A stretch of DNA of 64,000 nucleotides from Bacilli bacterium (GCA_041675865.1 JBAYTA010000001.1:6332-70331); one strand, 5' to 3'; shown: positions 40,596-51,583, numbered from the stretch's first letter. The notes: generated by a model not told the origin, from the sequence alone. Numbers and translations: made by a program.

Positions 40596-42372
40596 GTTCT
40601 TCTCCTTGTTGATAGTACTTACCTTGAACTACAAACATATTATAGTATTCACCTTTTAATTGCATTAGTTCATCATGAGTACCATATTCTTCTAATACTG
40701 AATTATTAAATAAGGCAATTTTATCGCAAAATTTTGTGCTAGCAAGTCTATGTGATATGAAAATTGTTGTATGATCTTTAACTAGATTATTAAAGTTTTC
40801 ATATATTTCTGCTTCTGCTAGAGCATCTAATGCTGCAGTTGGTTCATCTAAAACTACCATTTTACCATTTTTATATAATGCTCTTGCTATAGCTAGTTTT
40901 TGATTTTCCCCACCACTAAAAATAATTCCTGACTCATCAATATTCTTAAGCATAATTGTATCTAGACCATGGTCAAGATTTCTAACTTTATCTCCTAAAC
41001 CTACTAAATCTAAACACTTCCAAATTCTTTCTTCGTCATTTGATAAACCTAGAGTAATATTTTCTCTAACTGAGAAAGCAAGAATATTTATATCTTGAAA
41101 CACAGGTGCAAATAGGCTTTGGTATGTCTCTTTATCATAATCTAATGCATTAATTCCGTTTACTAAAATAACTCCTTCAGTGGGTTTAAATAATCTAAGT
41201 AATAATTTCACAATCGTTGTCTTACCGGCACCATTTATACCAACGATTGCTAGTTTTTCGCCTTTTTCAATTTTTAAGTTTAAATTTTTTATAATCCATT
41301 TTTCTGTTTTAGGATATTTGAAACTTACATTCTTAAACTCAATTTCAAGTGTTTCACTTTCAATGTTACTAATTCCTTGAGATTTTTCATTAAAATCTGT
41401 ATCCATAAAGACAAAATAGTCATTTAAATACTGACCCTTGCTTATTAAGAAAATAATATCTTCTACTAAAACTTTTAATAATGTAGTTAGAGCTAAAGCA
41501 GCAAGTAAATAGAAGGAAAACGATGCAATATCCATTCCATCAATTACCTTTGTAATTAGAAAATAGAATAATAAACCATCACTAATTAGTACAAATAAAG
41601 CATCAATCAAAGCAAGGAAATATTCTTTGTTTTTTATTTTGCGAAAAACAGATAAATACGATTTTATTTCAAAATCATAGCTTTCAGTAATACTTTTTTC
41701 AAAATTATATAAACGAATATCTTTTCCAAAACTGAAATCTTGAGCTGTACTTTCAAAGTATCTTAATCTCCTATTAGCATTTGCAAGATTTTTCTTTTGT
41801 TTAAAGTTTATATTTTTAATAATAAATGCACTAAAAACACTAAATATTAATGATAAGATGATAGAACCAACGACTAAGATGTTTAAGGTTATTAAAAAAT
41901 AAATGTAAATCAAAGATAGCATTATCTTAGAAGCAAAAACAAAGAGTCTTCTTATCACCTCTTCAAAATCATTACCTCCTATAACATCATAAGCATCACT
42001 ATTTTCATTTAAAAAGTTTGGATCCTCTGTATAATGATAATCTAAGCGGTTTGTTTTATCAAAGATATTTGTGAGTAGATCAATTCTTACTTTCATTACT
42101 TTCACATAAACATTGGTATGTATATATCTTTCAAAAAATGAAAAAACACCAATTACAATAGTTATAACACCTACTATTAATAATAATTCTTCTACAATGA
42201 TAGATGCATCTTGTAAGCCTTCAATAATTAATCTTGGCATGAAGATGGCAAGTATGGGTACAGTTGTTGCTAGAATTGTATAAATTAGAAATAGTAAAAA
42301 TAAACTTTTTTCAGATTTCCAAATTTCATTTACTGATCTTTTCATTGTTTTTAAAAAAGAATATTTTTTCAT
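40582..42372 (-). CDS. ABC exporter subunit (fused TMD-NBD), heterodimer partner 1
   Basis: Walker A 'GINGAGKTT', signature 'FSGGENQKLAIARAL', and Walker B 'VVLDEPTAALD'. It overlaps both neighbours. Confidence 0.9.
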   Translation of the reverse strand: MKKYSFLKTMKRSVNEIWKSEKSLFLLFLIYTILATTVPILAIFMPRLIIEGLQDASIIVEELLLIVGVITIVIGVFSFFERYIHTNVYVKVMKVRIDLLTNIFDKTNRLDYHYTEDPNFLNENSDAYDVIGGNDFEEVIRRLFVFASKIMLSLIYIYFLITLNILVVGSIILSLIFSVFSAFIIKNINFKQKKNLANANRRLRYFESTAQDFSFGKDIRLYNFEKSITESYDFEIKSYLSVFRKIKNKEYFLALIDALFVLISDGLLFYFLITKVIDGMDIASFSFYLLAALALTTLLKVLVEDIIFLISKGQYLNDYFVFMDTDFNEKSQGISNIESETLEIEFKNVSFKYPKTEKWIIKNLNLKIEKGEKLAIVGINGAGKTTIVKLLLRLFKPTEGVILVNGINALDYDKETYQSLFAPVFQDINILAFSVRENITLGLSNDEERIWKCLDLVGLGDKVRNLDHGLDTIMLKNIDESGIIFSGGENQKLAIARALYKNGKMVVLDEPTAALDALAEAEIYENFNNLVKDHTTIFISHRLASTKFCDKIALFNNSVLEEYGTHDELMQLKGEYYNMFVVQGKYYQQGEEHESI

Positions 42373-43394
42373 AATAAATTGCTCCTTATGGTATTTAGTA
42401 CTTGATTAAGTCTAGTTTTATTAATTTCGTAATAAATTTTTTTATTATCATTAGGATCGATTACCATTTTTAATAAATAATTATTTACTAAAATATTTAA
42501 ATGGTGATTTATTGTAGCTGCACTTAGACCTAATTGGGATGCAATATCACTTCCATATGTTTGTTTTAGAGATAGAATTTTTAAGATTTTGTATCTTGTC
42601 GAATCGCTTAATGATTTTATAACATTTAATGCTTCCTCTTCATCATTGTTTTTATTTTTAATCAGATTAGTAAATTTAAAAACTAAATATCCGACATAAA
42701 TATAACGTTTATTATCCATTGTTTTATGAAAAATATAGCTATAATCACTTATACTAATATTAATTTCAGTTGTACTATTTTGATATATCTCTTCTCCTTT
42801 AAAGAAATCATTTAAAAGTGTAGGTAGAGTATCAGTATCTTGAATAATATTATATAATTCCATAACTTCTTCTTCTACAAAATGATAATATTTTTGGTAA
42901 ATTACAGCTGATTTTTCTACACATTCTATAATCTCTAAAAACAGTTCTTCTCCACCAGTATATAAACTGATTAATGTTAATTTATCTTTATCATCCATAT
43001 CCAAGCCATTTATGATATTTAATATATCATTAAAATCTAAGGTCTCACTATAATCTTCTTTAAACGCAAGATCTGACTCAAAAAATCGATTAATAAATAT
43101 TTTATGATCTAACTTTTCACTATTTATATACTTTACATAGAGTCTATTTAAAACAGGAATTGTATTTGATTTAACTATGAAATATGGAATTAATTTATCT
43201 GGTACAGAAACTTCATTTTTAAAACTACTTTTTAACTTAAAATAATTATTGAGTAATTTTTTTACTTCATTTCCATCCAAACCATATTCTTCTATTTCGC
43301 CCAACAATTCTTGATCAATATTTTTATCTGAGTACAATTTGTGAATTAAGTCAATCGCTTCTTTCTTAAAATCAATTTGCTTATTTATAAACAT
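42369..43394 (-). CDS. ArsR-family HTH protein with about 250-aa N-terminal extension of unknown function
   Basis: The C-terminal 'LSDSTRYKILKILS..GSDIASQLGLSAATINHHLNILVNNYLL' is an ArsR/SmtB-type HTH. The N-domain has no recognisable enzyme motif. An AGGAGG RBS precedes the ATG. Confidence 0.65.
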   Translation of the reverse strand: MFINKQIDFKKEAIDLIHKLYSDKNIDQELLGEIEEYGLDGNEVKKLLNNYFKLKSSFKNEVSVPDKLIPYFIVKSNTIPVLNRLYVKYINSEKLDHKIFINRFFESDLAFKEDYSETLDFNDILNIINGLDMDDKDKLTLISLYTGGEELFLEIIECVEKSAVIYQKYYHFVEEEVMELYNIIQDTDTLPTLLNDFFKGEEIYQNSTTEINISISDYSYIFHKTMDNKRYIYVGYLVFKFTNLIKNKNNDEEEALNVIKSLSDSTRYKILKILSLKQTYGSDIASQLGLSAATINHHLNILVNNYLLKMVIDPNDNKKIYYEINKTRLNQVLNTIRSNLL

Positions 43395-43412
43395 AATAAT
43401 CCTCCTGCCAAT

Positions 43413-43441
43413 ATTATATAAAAATATTAGACCGATGTCAA
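43413..43441 (-). promoter_or_regulatory. perfect consensus sigma-A promoter (minus strand)
   Basis: On the minus strand: TTGACA (43441-43436), a 17-nt spacer, then TATAAT (43418-43413), followed by the AGGAGG RBS. Confidence 0.65.
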
Positions 43442-43443
43442 CA

Positions 43444-43473
43444 ATTATTATTAGATAATTATCTAATAATAAT
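43444..43473. promoter_or_regulatory. 30-bp perfect palindrome abutting the -35 element (candidate operator)
   Basis: ATTATTATTAGATAATTATCTAATAATAAT is a perfect inverted repeat centred at 43458/43459. Confidence 0.5.
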
Positions 43474-43487
43474 GATAAAAAAAGAAA

Positions 43488-44282
43488 CTAGAACTCTTTT
43501 CTAATTTCTTCATTTATTTTTTCAATATATTCATTTGCTTTTTTCACAACACTTAACTTATTTCCATTTTTTGCAACACTTCTAAAATATTCTAATGCTC
43601 TTTTATAATCTGTTTGTTTATATGCAATCAATCCTAAATAATAAACATTTACTACTACATTAAATTTAGGGAAATTTGCTCTAAAAATTTTAGAAAACTC
43701 TTGCTCTGCAAGATTTAAATGGATATTTGCTAGGATATAATATCTTGCTATTATTTGATTATAATTAGATATTAACTGAGTTTTAAATTTTAGAGGGATT
43801 ATGTCAATCAATTCCTTTACTTGATTAATTAGTGTCTTAATTCGCTCTAATTCTTTTGTTTCCTCAAAATAATATATCCATGCTTTATAATACCAAAATC
43901 TAAGTGGAGGGCTAAAATTGGGCTCAAATTCGACTAAATCATCTAAAATATTCTTTGCTTCACCAAGTTCTCCAAGCGATAAATAAGCTAGACTTATTGT
44001 AATTTCATTTAAATATTTATTAGTTTTTGCTTGAATAAAATTACTTAAATATTTTTTATATTCAGTTATATATTTTAAAGGATCACATTCATCCAAATAT
44101 ATTTTTGAAATTCTTAGTAAATTTACTTTTTCTAATCTTAAAGTAAAATAATAAATTGCAAATAGGATTATTCCAATTAATATATATACACTTGACTGAA
44201 TTATCTCTAATATCACAAGAGGTAATACAAATACTACATAAATCGATGCAATAATCAATACGATTAATCTTAGTTTACTCAT
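43488..44282 (-). CDS. membrane-anchored TPR-repeat protein
   Basis: Two N-terminal transmembrane helices followed by TPR-like helical repeats. Its start overlaps the PHP gene stop by 4 nt. Confidence 0.6.
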   Translation of the reverse strand: MSKLRLIVLIIASIYVVFVLPLVILEIIQSSVYILIGIILFAIYYFTLRLEKVNLLRISKIYLDECDPLKYITEYKKYLSNFIQAKTNKYLNEITISLAYLSLGELGEAKNILDDLVEFEPNFSPPLRFWYYKAWIYYFEETKELERIKTLINQVKELIDIIPLKFKTQLISNYNQIIARYYILANIHLNLAEQEFSKIFRANFPKFNVVVNVYYLGLIAYKQTDYKRALEYFRSVAKNGNKLSVVKKANEYIEKINEEIRKEF

Positions 44283-45067
44283 ACATTTTTCCCAAATAAA
44301 TAGTGGACAATATTTAATTTTAAATCTCTTGCAAACTTGTAGGCTTTTTTAACATTTACATCACCTGTATAAGAGATTTTATGATTGTCTTCACCAATTA
44401 TAACTTTCGCCTTTTCATATTCTTGAACAATTTTCCAAAACTCGATTCTAGGATAAATATGAACAATATCTCCATCTTGATTAGTTATTGGTTTTCTTCT
44501 AATACCGTTAGCATTAACTTCTAATAAAACATTATATTTAATACTAGCTTCAATAATTTCTCGACTTACCTTTTCAGTCATTTGATTCCATGTTTGATAA
44601 TTAAATAAAAACAAATCAGGATGAGCTAATATTTTAAAATAACCAGTATTCATTCCTTCAATAACTTGATCTTTATATAAAACAACATTCTCTGCTGTCA
44701 TTTCTCTATAAATATCATATAGTTTATTTTTATTTCTAATAATATGCTGGCCTAAAATTAAATAATCTAACTCATCTAATAATTTTTTATAATAATCATT
44801 GTATTCATTCAGATATTCGATTTCTAAGCCTTTATATATTTTAATTTTATCACCATATTCTTTTATTGCAGCATCTAAAGAAGGTAAATAAATATTTCTA
44901 TATTCTTGTTTATTCATTCGAAATGTCCATTCATCTAAGAGTGGACCATGGTCACTTATACCAATTTCTTCATATTTTAATTCTATAGCTTTTTTAATAT
45001 AATCGGCTGGCATACCCTCTGCATGCTTACATAATTTGATATGTGTGTGATAATTTGTTTTATTCAT
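44279..45067 (-). CDS. PHP-domain phosphoesterase, HisJ (histidinol-phosphatase) family
   Basis: 'YHTHIKLCKHAEG' and 'GISDHGP' are HisJ-type PHP metal-binding motifs. Confidence 0.7.
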   Translation of the reverse strand: MNKTNYHTHIKLCKHAEGMPADYIKKAIELKYEEIGISDHGPLLDEWTFRMNKQEYRNIYLPSLDAAIKEYGDKIKIYKGLEIEYLNEYNDYYKKLLDELDYLILGQHIIRNKNKLYDIYREMTAENVVLYKDQVIEGMNTGYFKILAHPDLFLFNYQTWNQMTEKVSREIIEASIKYNVLLEVNANGIRRKPITNQDGDIVHIYPRIEFWKIVQEYEKAKVIIGEDNHKISYTGDVNVKKAYKFARDLKLNIVHYLFGKNV

Positions 45068-46088
45068 AATTAAATCCTTTATATATTTTTACCCATTTTG
45101 CACTTCTTCCCTTGCCCAAAGGTTTAATTCGCCCTTCATCACGCATTTTCATCAAAGCTCTATTAATTGTAGATTCACTAACATATGGATGGATAATCCT
45201 AATTTCATCTTTTGTGAAAATGTCTGGAAGCTTGGAAATAGTATTACCTATATTATCAGCTTTATTTAAGTTTGAATCAAATTTATAATCTTTAATAATA
45301 CTATAAGCTTTTTCATAACCATTTATTATTATTTTATCCATAAATCTAATAAAACCTAATGTTTGCGCAAATCCTTCTTTCCAATTAAAACTTGCATTTT
45401 TAACTTCAGTTTTGAATTCATTGTAATTTTCATATAATAGTTCAAAAAAGGAAATATATTTAAATGCTTCTAAATCAGATTTAAAAATTAATAAATAAAG
45501 TAATACAAAACTTGATGTAAAGTTGTTTTCTGTAAAAGGTGCGATGTTGTAAAAATCTATAAAGTAATTAAAAAACAAAGTTGTTCTTTCGTATGTATTT
45601 CTTTGAAGATAGATTTCCATTTGCTCATTAATTTCGTCTAAAATAAGTCTTTTACTTTTTGCTGCTTGACTTTTTAAAATAGCTCTTTTATTTGTTTCTA
45701 CAAAATCAAATTTAATATCTTTATAATGAGAATAAATATAATTTATTATATTTAAAACATCATTGCTTTGAAATCTTTGATGCTGATAGTTCCTTTGAAT
45801 ATTAGTTAAGGTTTCTTTTAAATTATAAAGTGTTGTTTCTTCTTTATTTCTAGGAGTTGAGTTTTTAGTTATAATCAAACGTGTTCTAGAATCAGTAATA
45901 TCTAGTTCTAATATTTGTGATAGAAAAAAAGTATCTCTTTCAATAGTTTGATCAATTATCTTATCAAGATCATTTTTTACAGCATCTTTAAAAAACTTAT
46001 TTTGACCTATCCATTTATAGATATTTGATAAAGAAACTATAATATCATTAGGGATAATGAACCTATCTATATTTAAAACTGTACTCAT
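45060..46088 (-). CDS. Fic-family-like protein with degenerate active-site motif and C-terminal winged HTH
   Basis: The central 'IAPFTENNFTSSFVLL' aligns to the Fic 'HPFx[DE]GNGRxxR' motif, but His, both Gly and both Arg are replaced. The C-terminal 'RIKPLGKGRSAKWVKI' resembles the Fic-associated wHTH. Confidence 0.55.
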   Translation of the reverse strand: MSTVLNIDRFIIPNDIIVSLSNIYKWIGQNKFFKDAVKNDLDKIIDQTIERDTFFLSQILELDITDSRTRLIITKNSTPRNKEETTLYNLKETLTNIQRNYQHQRFQSNDVLNIINYIYSHYKDIKFDFVETNKRAILKSQAAKSKRLILDEINEQMEIYLQRNTYERTTLFFNYFIDFYNIAPFTENNFTSSFVLLYLLIFKSDLEAFKYISFFELLYENYNEFKTEVKNASFNWKEGFAQTLGFIRFMDKIIINGYEKAYSIIKDYKFDSNLNKADNIGNTISKLPDIFTKDEIRIIHPYVSESTINRALMKMRDEGRIKPLGKGRSAKWVKIYKGFNYE

Positions 46089-46108
46089 AATATCCTTCTT
46101 TCAAAATA

Positions 46109-46181
46109 AGCCTTCTAATAAATGTTTATCGATAAATATCCATCTTTGAAAAGATAAATGTCTATTAGAAGGCGTTTTTAT
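46109..46181. terminator. long hairpin (bidirectional terminator-like) with nested palindromes between parC and the Fic-like gene
   Basis: GCCTTCTAATA (46109-46119) pairs with TATTAGAAGGC (46162-46172), flanked by T-runs on both strands. TTTATCGATAAA and ATCTTTGAAAAGAT palindromes sit inside the loop. Confidence 0.5.
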
Positions 46182-46209
46182 TGCATTTTTAACCAATTTT
46201 GAGCTATTT

Positions 46210-48690
46210 TTAGCTAAAATCGTTGTTATTTCTAACAATTATTAAATTTAATGGTGTTTTTACTTTTTTAGAATTAATCTTTTTACCTGTTGCACTAGTA
46301 GCACTTCTTATATCAGAGAAATCTAATTTTTCATATCCTTCTTCACCATCAATATATGAATCTAGATCTAGATTAGCATTTTTACGATGAATTATACTTG
46401 ATGAAATTATATTGTTGTTCACAGTTTTCATCATTTGCATATATTGTTTACCAACATTGTTTTTTCTTCCCTTGATAATTTCATCTATTCTAAATCTCTT
46501 AACATTACAGTTAGCAGTTAAGACTACTATTAGATCTTTTTCATCAATATAATGTCCACCAACTACAACATCTTTTGGTCTACTCTTAAGTTCTATTGCT
46601 TTTACTCCAACTGCAGAAATTGCCATTTCTGGTATTTCTTCAGAACTATATCTGTTCATATAACCATCAGCAGTAATAACAACTACTTCAGGATTTACTT
46701 CACTTGTAATATCTACACTTACTACTTCATCATCATCTCTTAATTTAGTAGCTCTAAGTGCTCTTGAATATCTTGTCGCATACAGATGTTTCACATGTGT
46801 CTTTTTAATAAAACCATTTTTTGTAGTAAACAGTATATATTTATTTGCTTCAAAATCATCAATTGGAACTGAGAATATTACTTTTTCAACTGATTCAATA
46901 TTAACTAAAGTTGATATATGGTAACCCAAATCTTTATGTTTCACATCAGGTATTTTTGAAACTGGTAAATATACATAATTTCCACGATCTGTAAAGAATA
47001 ACATTACATCTAATGTAGTAACTTCATAAGTAGCAACTATAAAGTCATTATCTTTAAGTTTAGTTTCATCACCATTTGCATAAGCCTTTGGTGTAAGTCT
47101 TTTAATATAGCCATCATTAGTTAAAATGATTACCATATCTTCTTTCGCAATCAACTCTTTAACTTCAACTTTTACTTCTTCAATTTCATGTTCAATTACT
47201 GTTTTTCTTGGAACATTAATTTTCTTATATGTATTTTTAAGTTCTAGTTTTATTTGTTTAACTAATTCATCTTCACTAGAAAGGATAGCAACTAGCCTAT
47301 CAATAAGTTCATTAAGTTCTTCTTTTTCTTTTTGTAAAGCAAAAATATCGGTATTTGTAAGACGATATAATTGCAACATTACAATAGCTTCAGCTTGAGC
47401 ATAAGAGAATTCATAATTACTTACTAAATTTTCTATTGCATCTTTTTTGTTGTTAGAATTCCTAATTGTTTTAATAACAGCATCTAATATAGATACCATT
47501 GAAATTAATCCGTCGACTATATGTAATCTTTTCCTTGCGGCATTTAATTCATAATTACTACGGTTAATTACTACATCTTTTTGATGAGTTATATAGTAAT
47601 CTAAATACTCAATTAATCCTAGTTGTAGGGGACGTTTATTAGCAATTGCAACTATATTAAAGTTATAGTTTGATTGTAATTCAGTTGCTTGGAAGAAGAA
47701 ATTTTTAATATCTTCAGGATTCACATCTTTTCGAATATCAACAACAATTCTTAAACCTTCTCTATCTGTTTCATCTCTAATATCTATAATTCCATCAATG
47801 TTTTTCTTTACATAAACTTCACTCATTTTTTTAACTAAATTAGCTTTGTTTACATCATAAGGAATCTCAGAAATGATAAGCTTATACATCTTAGACTCTT
47901 CTGTTATTTCTACCTTCGCTTTTACAATTATCTTTCCCTTACCAGTTTTATATGCATTAATAATTCCGTCTAACCCTTGGATAATCCCTCCCGTTGGAAA
48001 ATCAGGACCCGGAACAATTTTCATCAAATCTTTTAAACTTGCATCAGGATGATCTAATTTATAAATTGTAGCTTCGATAATCTCACCAACATTATGAGGA
48101 GGAATTTCAGTTGCATAACCAGCAGATATACCTGAAGCTCCATTTACAAAGAGATTCGGATATTTAGCAGGTAATACAGTAGGTTCATATTCTTCATCAT
48201 CAAAATTAGGAATAAAACCAACAGTTTTTTTATTAATATCTTCTAATAAATATTCAGAATACATTGATAATCTTGCTTCTGTATAACGCATTGCCGCAGC
48301 AGGATCACCGTCAATACTTCCATTATTACCATGCATTTCAATTAAAGGTAGTCTTGTTTTAAAATCTTGAGACATTCTCACCATAGCATCATAAACAGAT
48401 GAGTCACCATGAGGATGATATTTACCTATAACTTCACCAACAATTCTTGCAGATTTCTTAAATGGTTTATTTGAAAACATTCCAAGTTTAAACATTGCAT
48501 AAAGAATTCTTCGTTGTACAGGTTTTAAACCGTCTCTAACGTCAGGAATTGCTCTATCTTGAATTATATATTTAGAATATCTACCAAACCTATCACCAAA
48601 TATATCTTCAAGATTTTCTTGGATTATTTTCTCATTTACGAATTCTTCAATTTTTTTAGTTGTTTTACTCTTTTTAGATCTATTCATCAA
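46210..48690 (-). CDS. parC: DNA topoisomerase IV subunit A
   Basis: The type IIA A-subunit catalytic region contains a ParC-like '[22 protein letters not shown]'. It is paired with parE and sits next to plsY, as in Bacillus. Confidence 0.8.
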   Translation of the reverse strand: MMNRSKKSKTTKKIEEFVNEKIIQENLEDIFGDRFGRYSKYIIQDRAIPDVRDGLKPVQRRILYAMFKLGMFSNKPFKKSARIVGEVIGKYHPHGDSSVYDAMVRMSQDFKTRLPLIEMHGNNGSIDGDPAAAMRYTEARLSMYSEYLLEDINKKTVGFIPNFDDEEYEPTVLPAKYPNLFVNGASGISAGYATEIPPHNVGEIIEATIYKLDHPDASLKDLMKIVPGPDFPTGGIIQGLDGIINAYKTGKGKIIVKAKVEITEESKMYKLIISEIPYDVNKANLVKKMSEVYVKKNIDGIIDIRDETDREGLRIVVDIRKDVNPEDIKNFFFQATELQSNYNFNIVAIANKRPLQLGLIEYLDYYITHQKDVVINRSNYELNAARKRLHIVDGLISMVSILDAVIKTIRNSNNKKDAIENLVSNYEFSYAQAEAIVMLQLYRLTNTDIFALQKEKEELNELIDRLVAILSSEDELVKQIKLELKNTYKKINVPRKTVIEHEIEEVKVEVKELIAKEDMVIILTNDGYIKRLTPKAYANGDETKLKDNDFIVATYEVTTLDVMLFFTDRGNYVYLPVSKIPDVKHKDLGYHISTLVNIESVEKVIFSVPIDDFEANKYILFTTKNGFIKKTHVKHLYATRYSRALRATKLRDDDEVVSVDITSEVNPEVVVITADGYMNRYSSEEIPEMAISAVGVKAIELKSRPKDVVVGGHYIDEKDLIVVLTANCNVKRFRIDEIIKGRKNNVGKQYMQMMKTVNNNIISSSIIHRKNANLDLDSYIDGEEGYEKLDFSDIRSATSATGKKINSKKVKTPLNLIIVRNNNDFS

Positions 48691-50623
48691 TTGATACCTC
48701 TTCTAAAGTGAAATTATCTTCGAATTCAAATGAAACATTATTATCAATCCATTCTCTTCTTGGACCTACTTCATCCCCCATTAGTACACTTACACGATTA
48801 TCTGCATCAGAGAAATCTTCAATCTTTACTTGAATAAGTGTTCTAGTTTCTGGATTCATTGTTGTATCCCAAAGTTGATCTGCATTCATCTCACCCAAAC
48901 CTTTAAATCTTTGGATTAAAACATTTTTATTAGATTCAACTTTTGCTTTTAATTCTTCGTCAGTCCATGCATATTCAATTTTATTTTTTATTGTTAATTT
49001 ATATAATGGTGCTTGCGCAATATATACATAACCTTGTTCAATTAATTCTCGCATATATCTAAAGAAGAATGTTAGTAATAATACTTGAATATGTGCTCCA
49101 TCAGTATCAGCATCGGTCATAATGATAATTTTGCTATAGTTTGATTTATCTATATTAAATTCTCTACCAAACCCTGCACCAATAGAATAAATCATTGACA
49201 TTATTTCTTCATTTTTAAGTAAATCTTCTGTCTTGATTCTTTCTACATTTAAGACCTTACCTCTAAGAGGTAGGATAGCTTGGAAGCGACGATCTCTTCC
49301 TTGTTTAGCACTACCACCAGCTGAATCACCTTCGACGATAAATAATTCATTATTCTTACGATTTTTATCTTGAACTGGTGCTAACTTCCCAGCCATATTT
49401 GCAGTCTTACCAACTTTTTGTTTAATCATTCTAACTTCTTCACGCGCTTTTCTAGCAGCTTCGCGTGCTTTTGCAGCTCGGATTGCATTAGAGATTAAGA
49501 TATTTGCAATTTCTCCCTTTTCATTTAAGAAGAATTTCATTTGTTCTAGAACAATAGTTTCAACTGCAAGTTTTGCTTCAGTAGTACCTAATTTATTTTT
49601 TGTTTGTCCTTCAAATTGAAGTATATCTTCGCCTACTCTAATTGATAAAACAGCAGTTAAACCTTCTCTAACATCATTACCTTCTAAATTAGGATCCTTA
49701 TCTTTTAATAAACCCTTCATTCTTGCATAATCATTAAATGCTCTAGTAATTGCTGCTCTAAAGCCTGTTTCATGTGTTCCACCATCTCTAGTACGAATAT
49801 TATTAACAAAGGATAATACATTCTCAGAGAATGATTTTTTAGAATATTGAAGAGCACATTCAACTTGAATATTTGAGTTTGTTCCTTCTAAGAAAACGAC
49901 TTCATGAATAGCTTGTTTACCTTTATTTATTTCCTCCACAAATTCAGAAATACCATTTTCAAACATAAAGGTATCACTTGCACCAGTTCTTTCATCAACT
50001 AAATCAATTTTTAAACCTCTGATTAAAAATGCAGATTCTCTTAGTCTTTGTACACATTGTTTATAATCAATAATGGTTGTTGAAAAAATAAGTGGGTCTG
50101 GTTTAAAATGAACTGTAGTTCCAGTTTTCTTTGATTCACCAATAAATTTATGCTTATGGATCTTTGCTCCACCATTCTCAAATTTTTGGTAATAAATCTT
50201 TCCTTCTCTTGCAATCTTAAGTTCAACAAGTTCACTTAATGCATTTACAACACTCGAACCAACACCATGTAGGCCTCCAGACACTTTGTATGCACCACCA
50301 GCTTCAAATTTTCCACCAGCATGTAAAGTACAAAATACTACTTGCGGAGTAGGTACTCCAGTCTTATGCATACCAATAGGAATTCCTCTACCATTATCTA
50401 TAACCTCAACAGAATTCCCTTTATGAATGATAACTTTTACATAGTTTGCATATCCGGTCAAAACTTCGTCAATTGCATTATCTACAATTTCCCAAATTAA
50501 ATGATGTAGTCCTCTTGAATCCGTACTTCCAACATACATACCAGGACGTTTTCGAATAGCTTCTAACCCTTGTAAGACTTGAATTTTGGATTCATCATAT
50601 TTTTCAATTTTCTTCTTGGCCAT
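48680..50623 (-). CDS. parE: DNA topoisomerase IV subunit B
   Basis: A GHKL ATPase with TOPRIM 'EGDSAGG'. I chose the ATG at 50623 giving '[22 protein letters not shown]'; the GTG at 50632 is an alternative. Confidence 0.8.
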   Translation of the reverse strand: MAKKKIEKYDESKIQVLQGLEAIRKRPGMYVGSTDSRGLHHLIWEIVDNAIDEVLTGYANYVKVIIHKGNSVEVIDNGRGIPIGMHKTGVPTPQVVFCTLHAGGKFEAGGAYKVSGGLHGVGSSVVNALSELVELKIAREGKIYYQKFENGGAKIHKHKFIGESKKTGTTVHFKPDPLIFSTTIIDYKQCVQRLRESAFLIRGLKIDLVDERTGASDTFMFENGISEFVEEINKGKQAIHEVVFLEGTNSNIQVECALQYSKKSFSENVLSFVNNIRTRDGGTHETGFRAAITRAFNDYARMKGLLKDKDPNLEGNDVREGLTAVLSIRVGEDILQFEGQTKNKLGTTEAKLAVETIVLEQMKFFLNEKGEIANILISNAIRAAKAREAARKAREEVRMIKQKVGKTANMAGKLAPVQDKNRKNNELFIVEGDSAGGSAKQGRDRRFQAILPLRGKVLNVERIKTEDLLKNEEIMSMIYSIGAGFGREFNIDKSNYSKIIIMTDADTDGAHIQVLLLTFFFRYMRELIEQGYVYIAQAPLYKLTIKNKIEYAWTDEELKAKVESNKNVLIQRFKGLGEMNADQLWDTTMNPETRTLIQVKIEDFSDADNRVSVLMGDEVGPRREWIDNNVSFEFEDNFTLEEVSIDE

Positions 50624-50878
50624 ATTTAACACAAACCTTTCATTAGTATAATTTATTATAGCATATATTTAATAAAAAGTAAACAACTATTATCATTATT
50701 TTATTATGCTCATATGCAATAAATGAGTATGTTTATTGTAGAGAATTATGTCGAATTTGAAAATGTTGACTATATTAAAAAGAGATCTTTTTATAGATTA
50801 TTGTCATTTTAAATTAAATATTTGCTTGTTTTAATATCCCATTTAGAGTATAATAGATATCATATAAAGGTGTATTAA

Positions 50879-51544
50879 ATGGTTATTCAAATAGGATTAT
50901 TAATTTTGTCATATTTATTAGGGTCAATTCCGACAGGTTTTCTACTTGGAAAAATGAAGGGTATTGACATAAGAGAACATGGAAGTAAAAATATTGGTGC
51001 TACCAATACAGGCAGAGTACTTGGAAAAAGATATGCAATTATTGCATATATCTTCGATATGCTCAAAGGGGCAGTTTTAGTATTTTTATTTAGATTTGAA
51101 ATTATCTCTTTAGAATATTGCCTTCTTGGTCAACCACTACTTTACGGAATGGCTGCAACATTAGGTCATACCTCTTCTATTTACTTAAAGTTTAAGGGTG
51201 GTAAAGCTGTTGCAACTTCTAGCGGTGTTATCTTTGGTTATGTTCCCTGGCTATTATTAGTTGGTTTAATAATCTTCTTTACAGTAATGTTTATTACAAA
51301 ATATGTATCTGTTGGATCGATTGTTGGAGCATCAAGTGTTTTATTAATTTGTGTAGTTTTAACCATAGTCGGTAAGGATCCGTTTTACGAAGGCTTTACA
51401 TACGATTGGTACTTCCTACTATTTATTACAATAATATTTATTATTCTAATAATTAGACATAAAGGAAACATCTCAAGGTTAAGGCAAAAAACGGAATCAA
51501 AAATTAATTTTAAAAGAAAAAAAGAATCTAGTAATGAAAGCTAG
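50879..51544 (+). CDS. plsY: glycerol-3-phosphate acyltransferase PlsY
   Basis: 'GSKNIGATN' and 'HTSSIYLKFKGGKAVATS' motifs. It is divergent from parE. Confidence 0.9.
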   Translation: MVIQIGLLILSYLLGSIPTGFLLGKMKGIDIREHGSKNIGATNTGRVLGKRYAIIAYIFDMLKGAVLVFLFRFEIISLEYCLLGQPLLYGMAATLGHTSSIYLKFKGGKAVATSSGVIFGYVPWLLLVGLIIFFTVMFITKYVSVGSIVGASSVLLICVVLTIVGKDPFYEGFTYDWYFLLFITIIFIILIIRHKGNISRLRQKTESKINFKRKKESSNES

Positions 51545-51583
51545 ATTCTTTTTAAAATAAAAAATGACCATAGGCCATTTTAA

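Noticed and set aside
46552-47398. Plus-strand ORFs (63 and 90 aa) inside parC
   Set aside because: They are antisense to a conserved topoisomerase gene with low-complexity translations.
50750-50756. Single TGTCGAA (Spo0A box) next to a TTGACT -35 upstream of plsY
   Set aside because: A lone heptamer is expected by chance several times per window in this composition, and plsY has no sporulation link. Only clustered boxes were reported.
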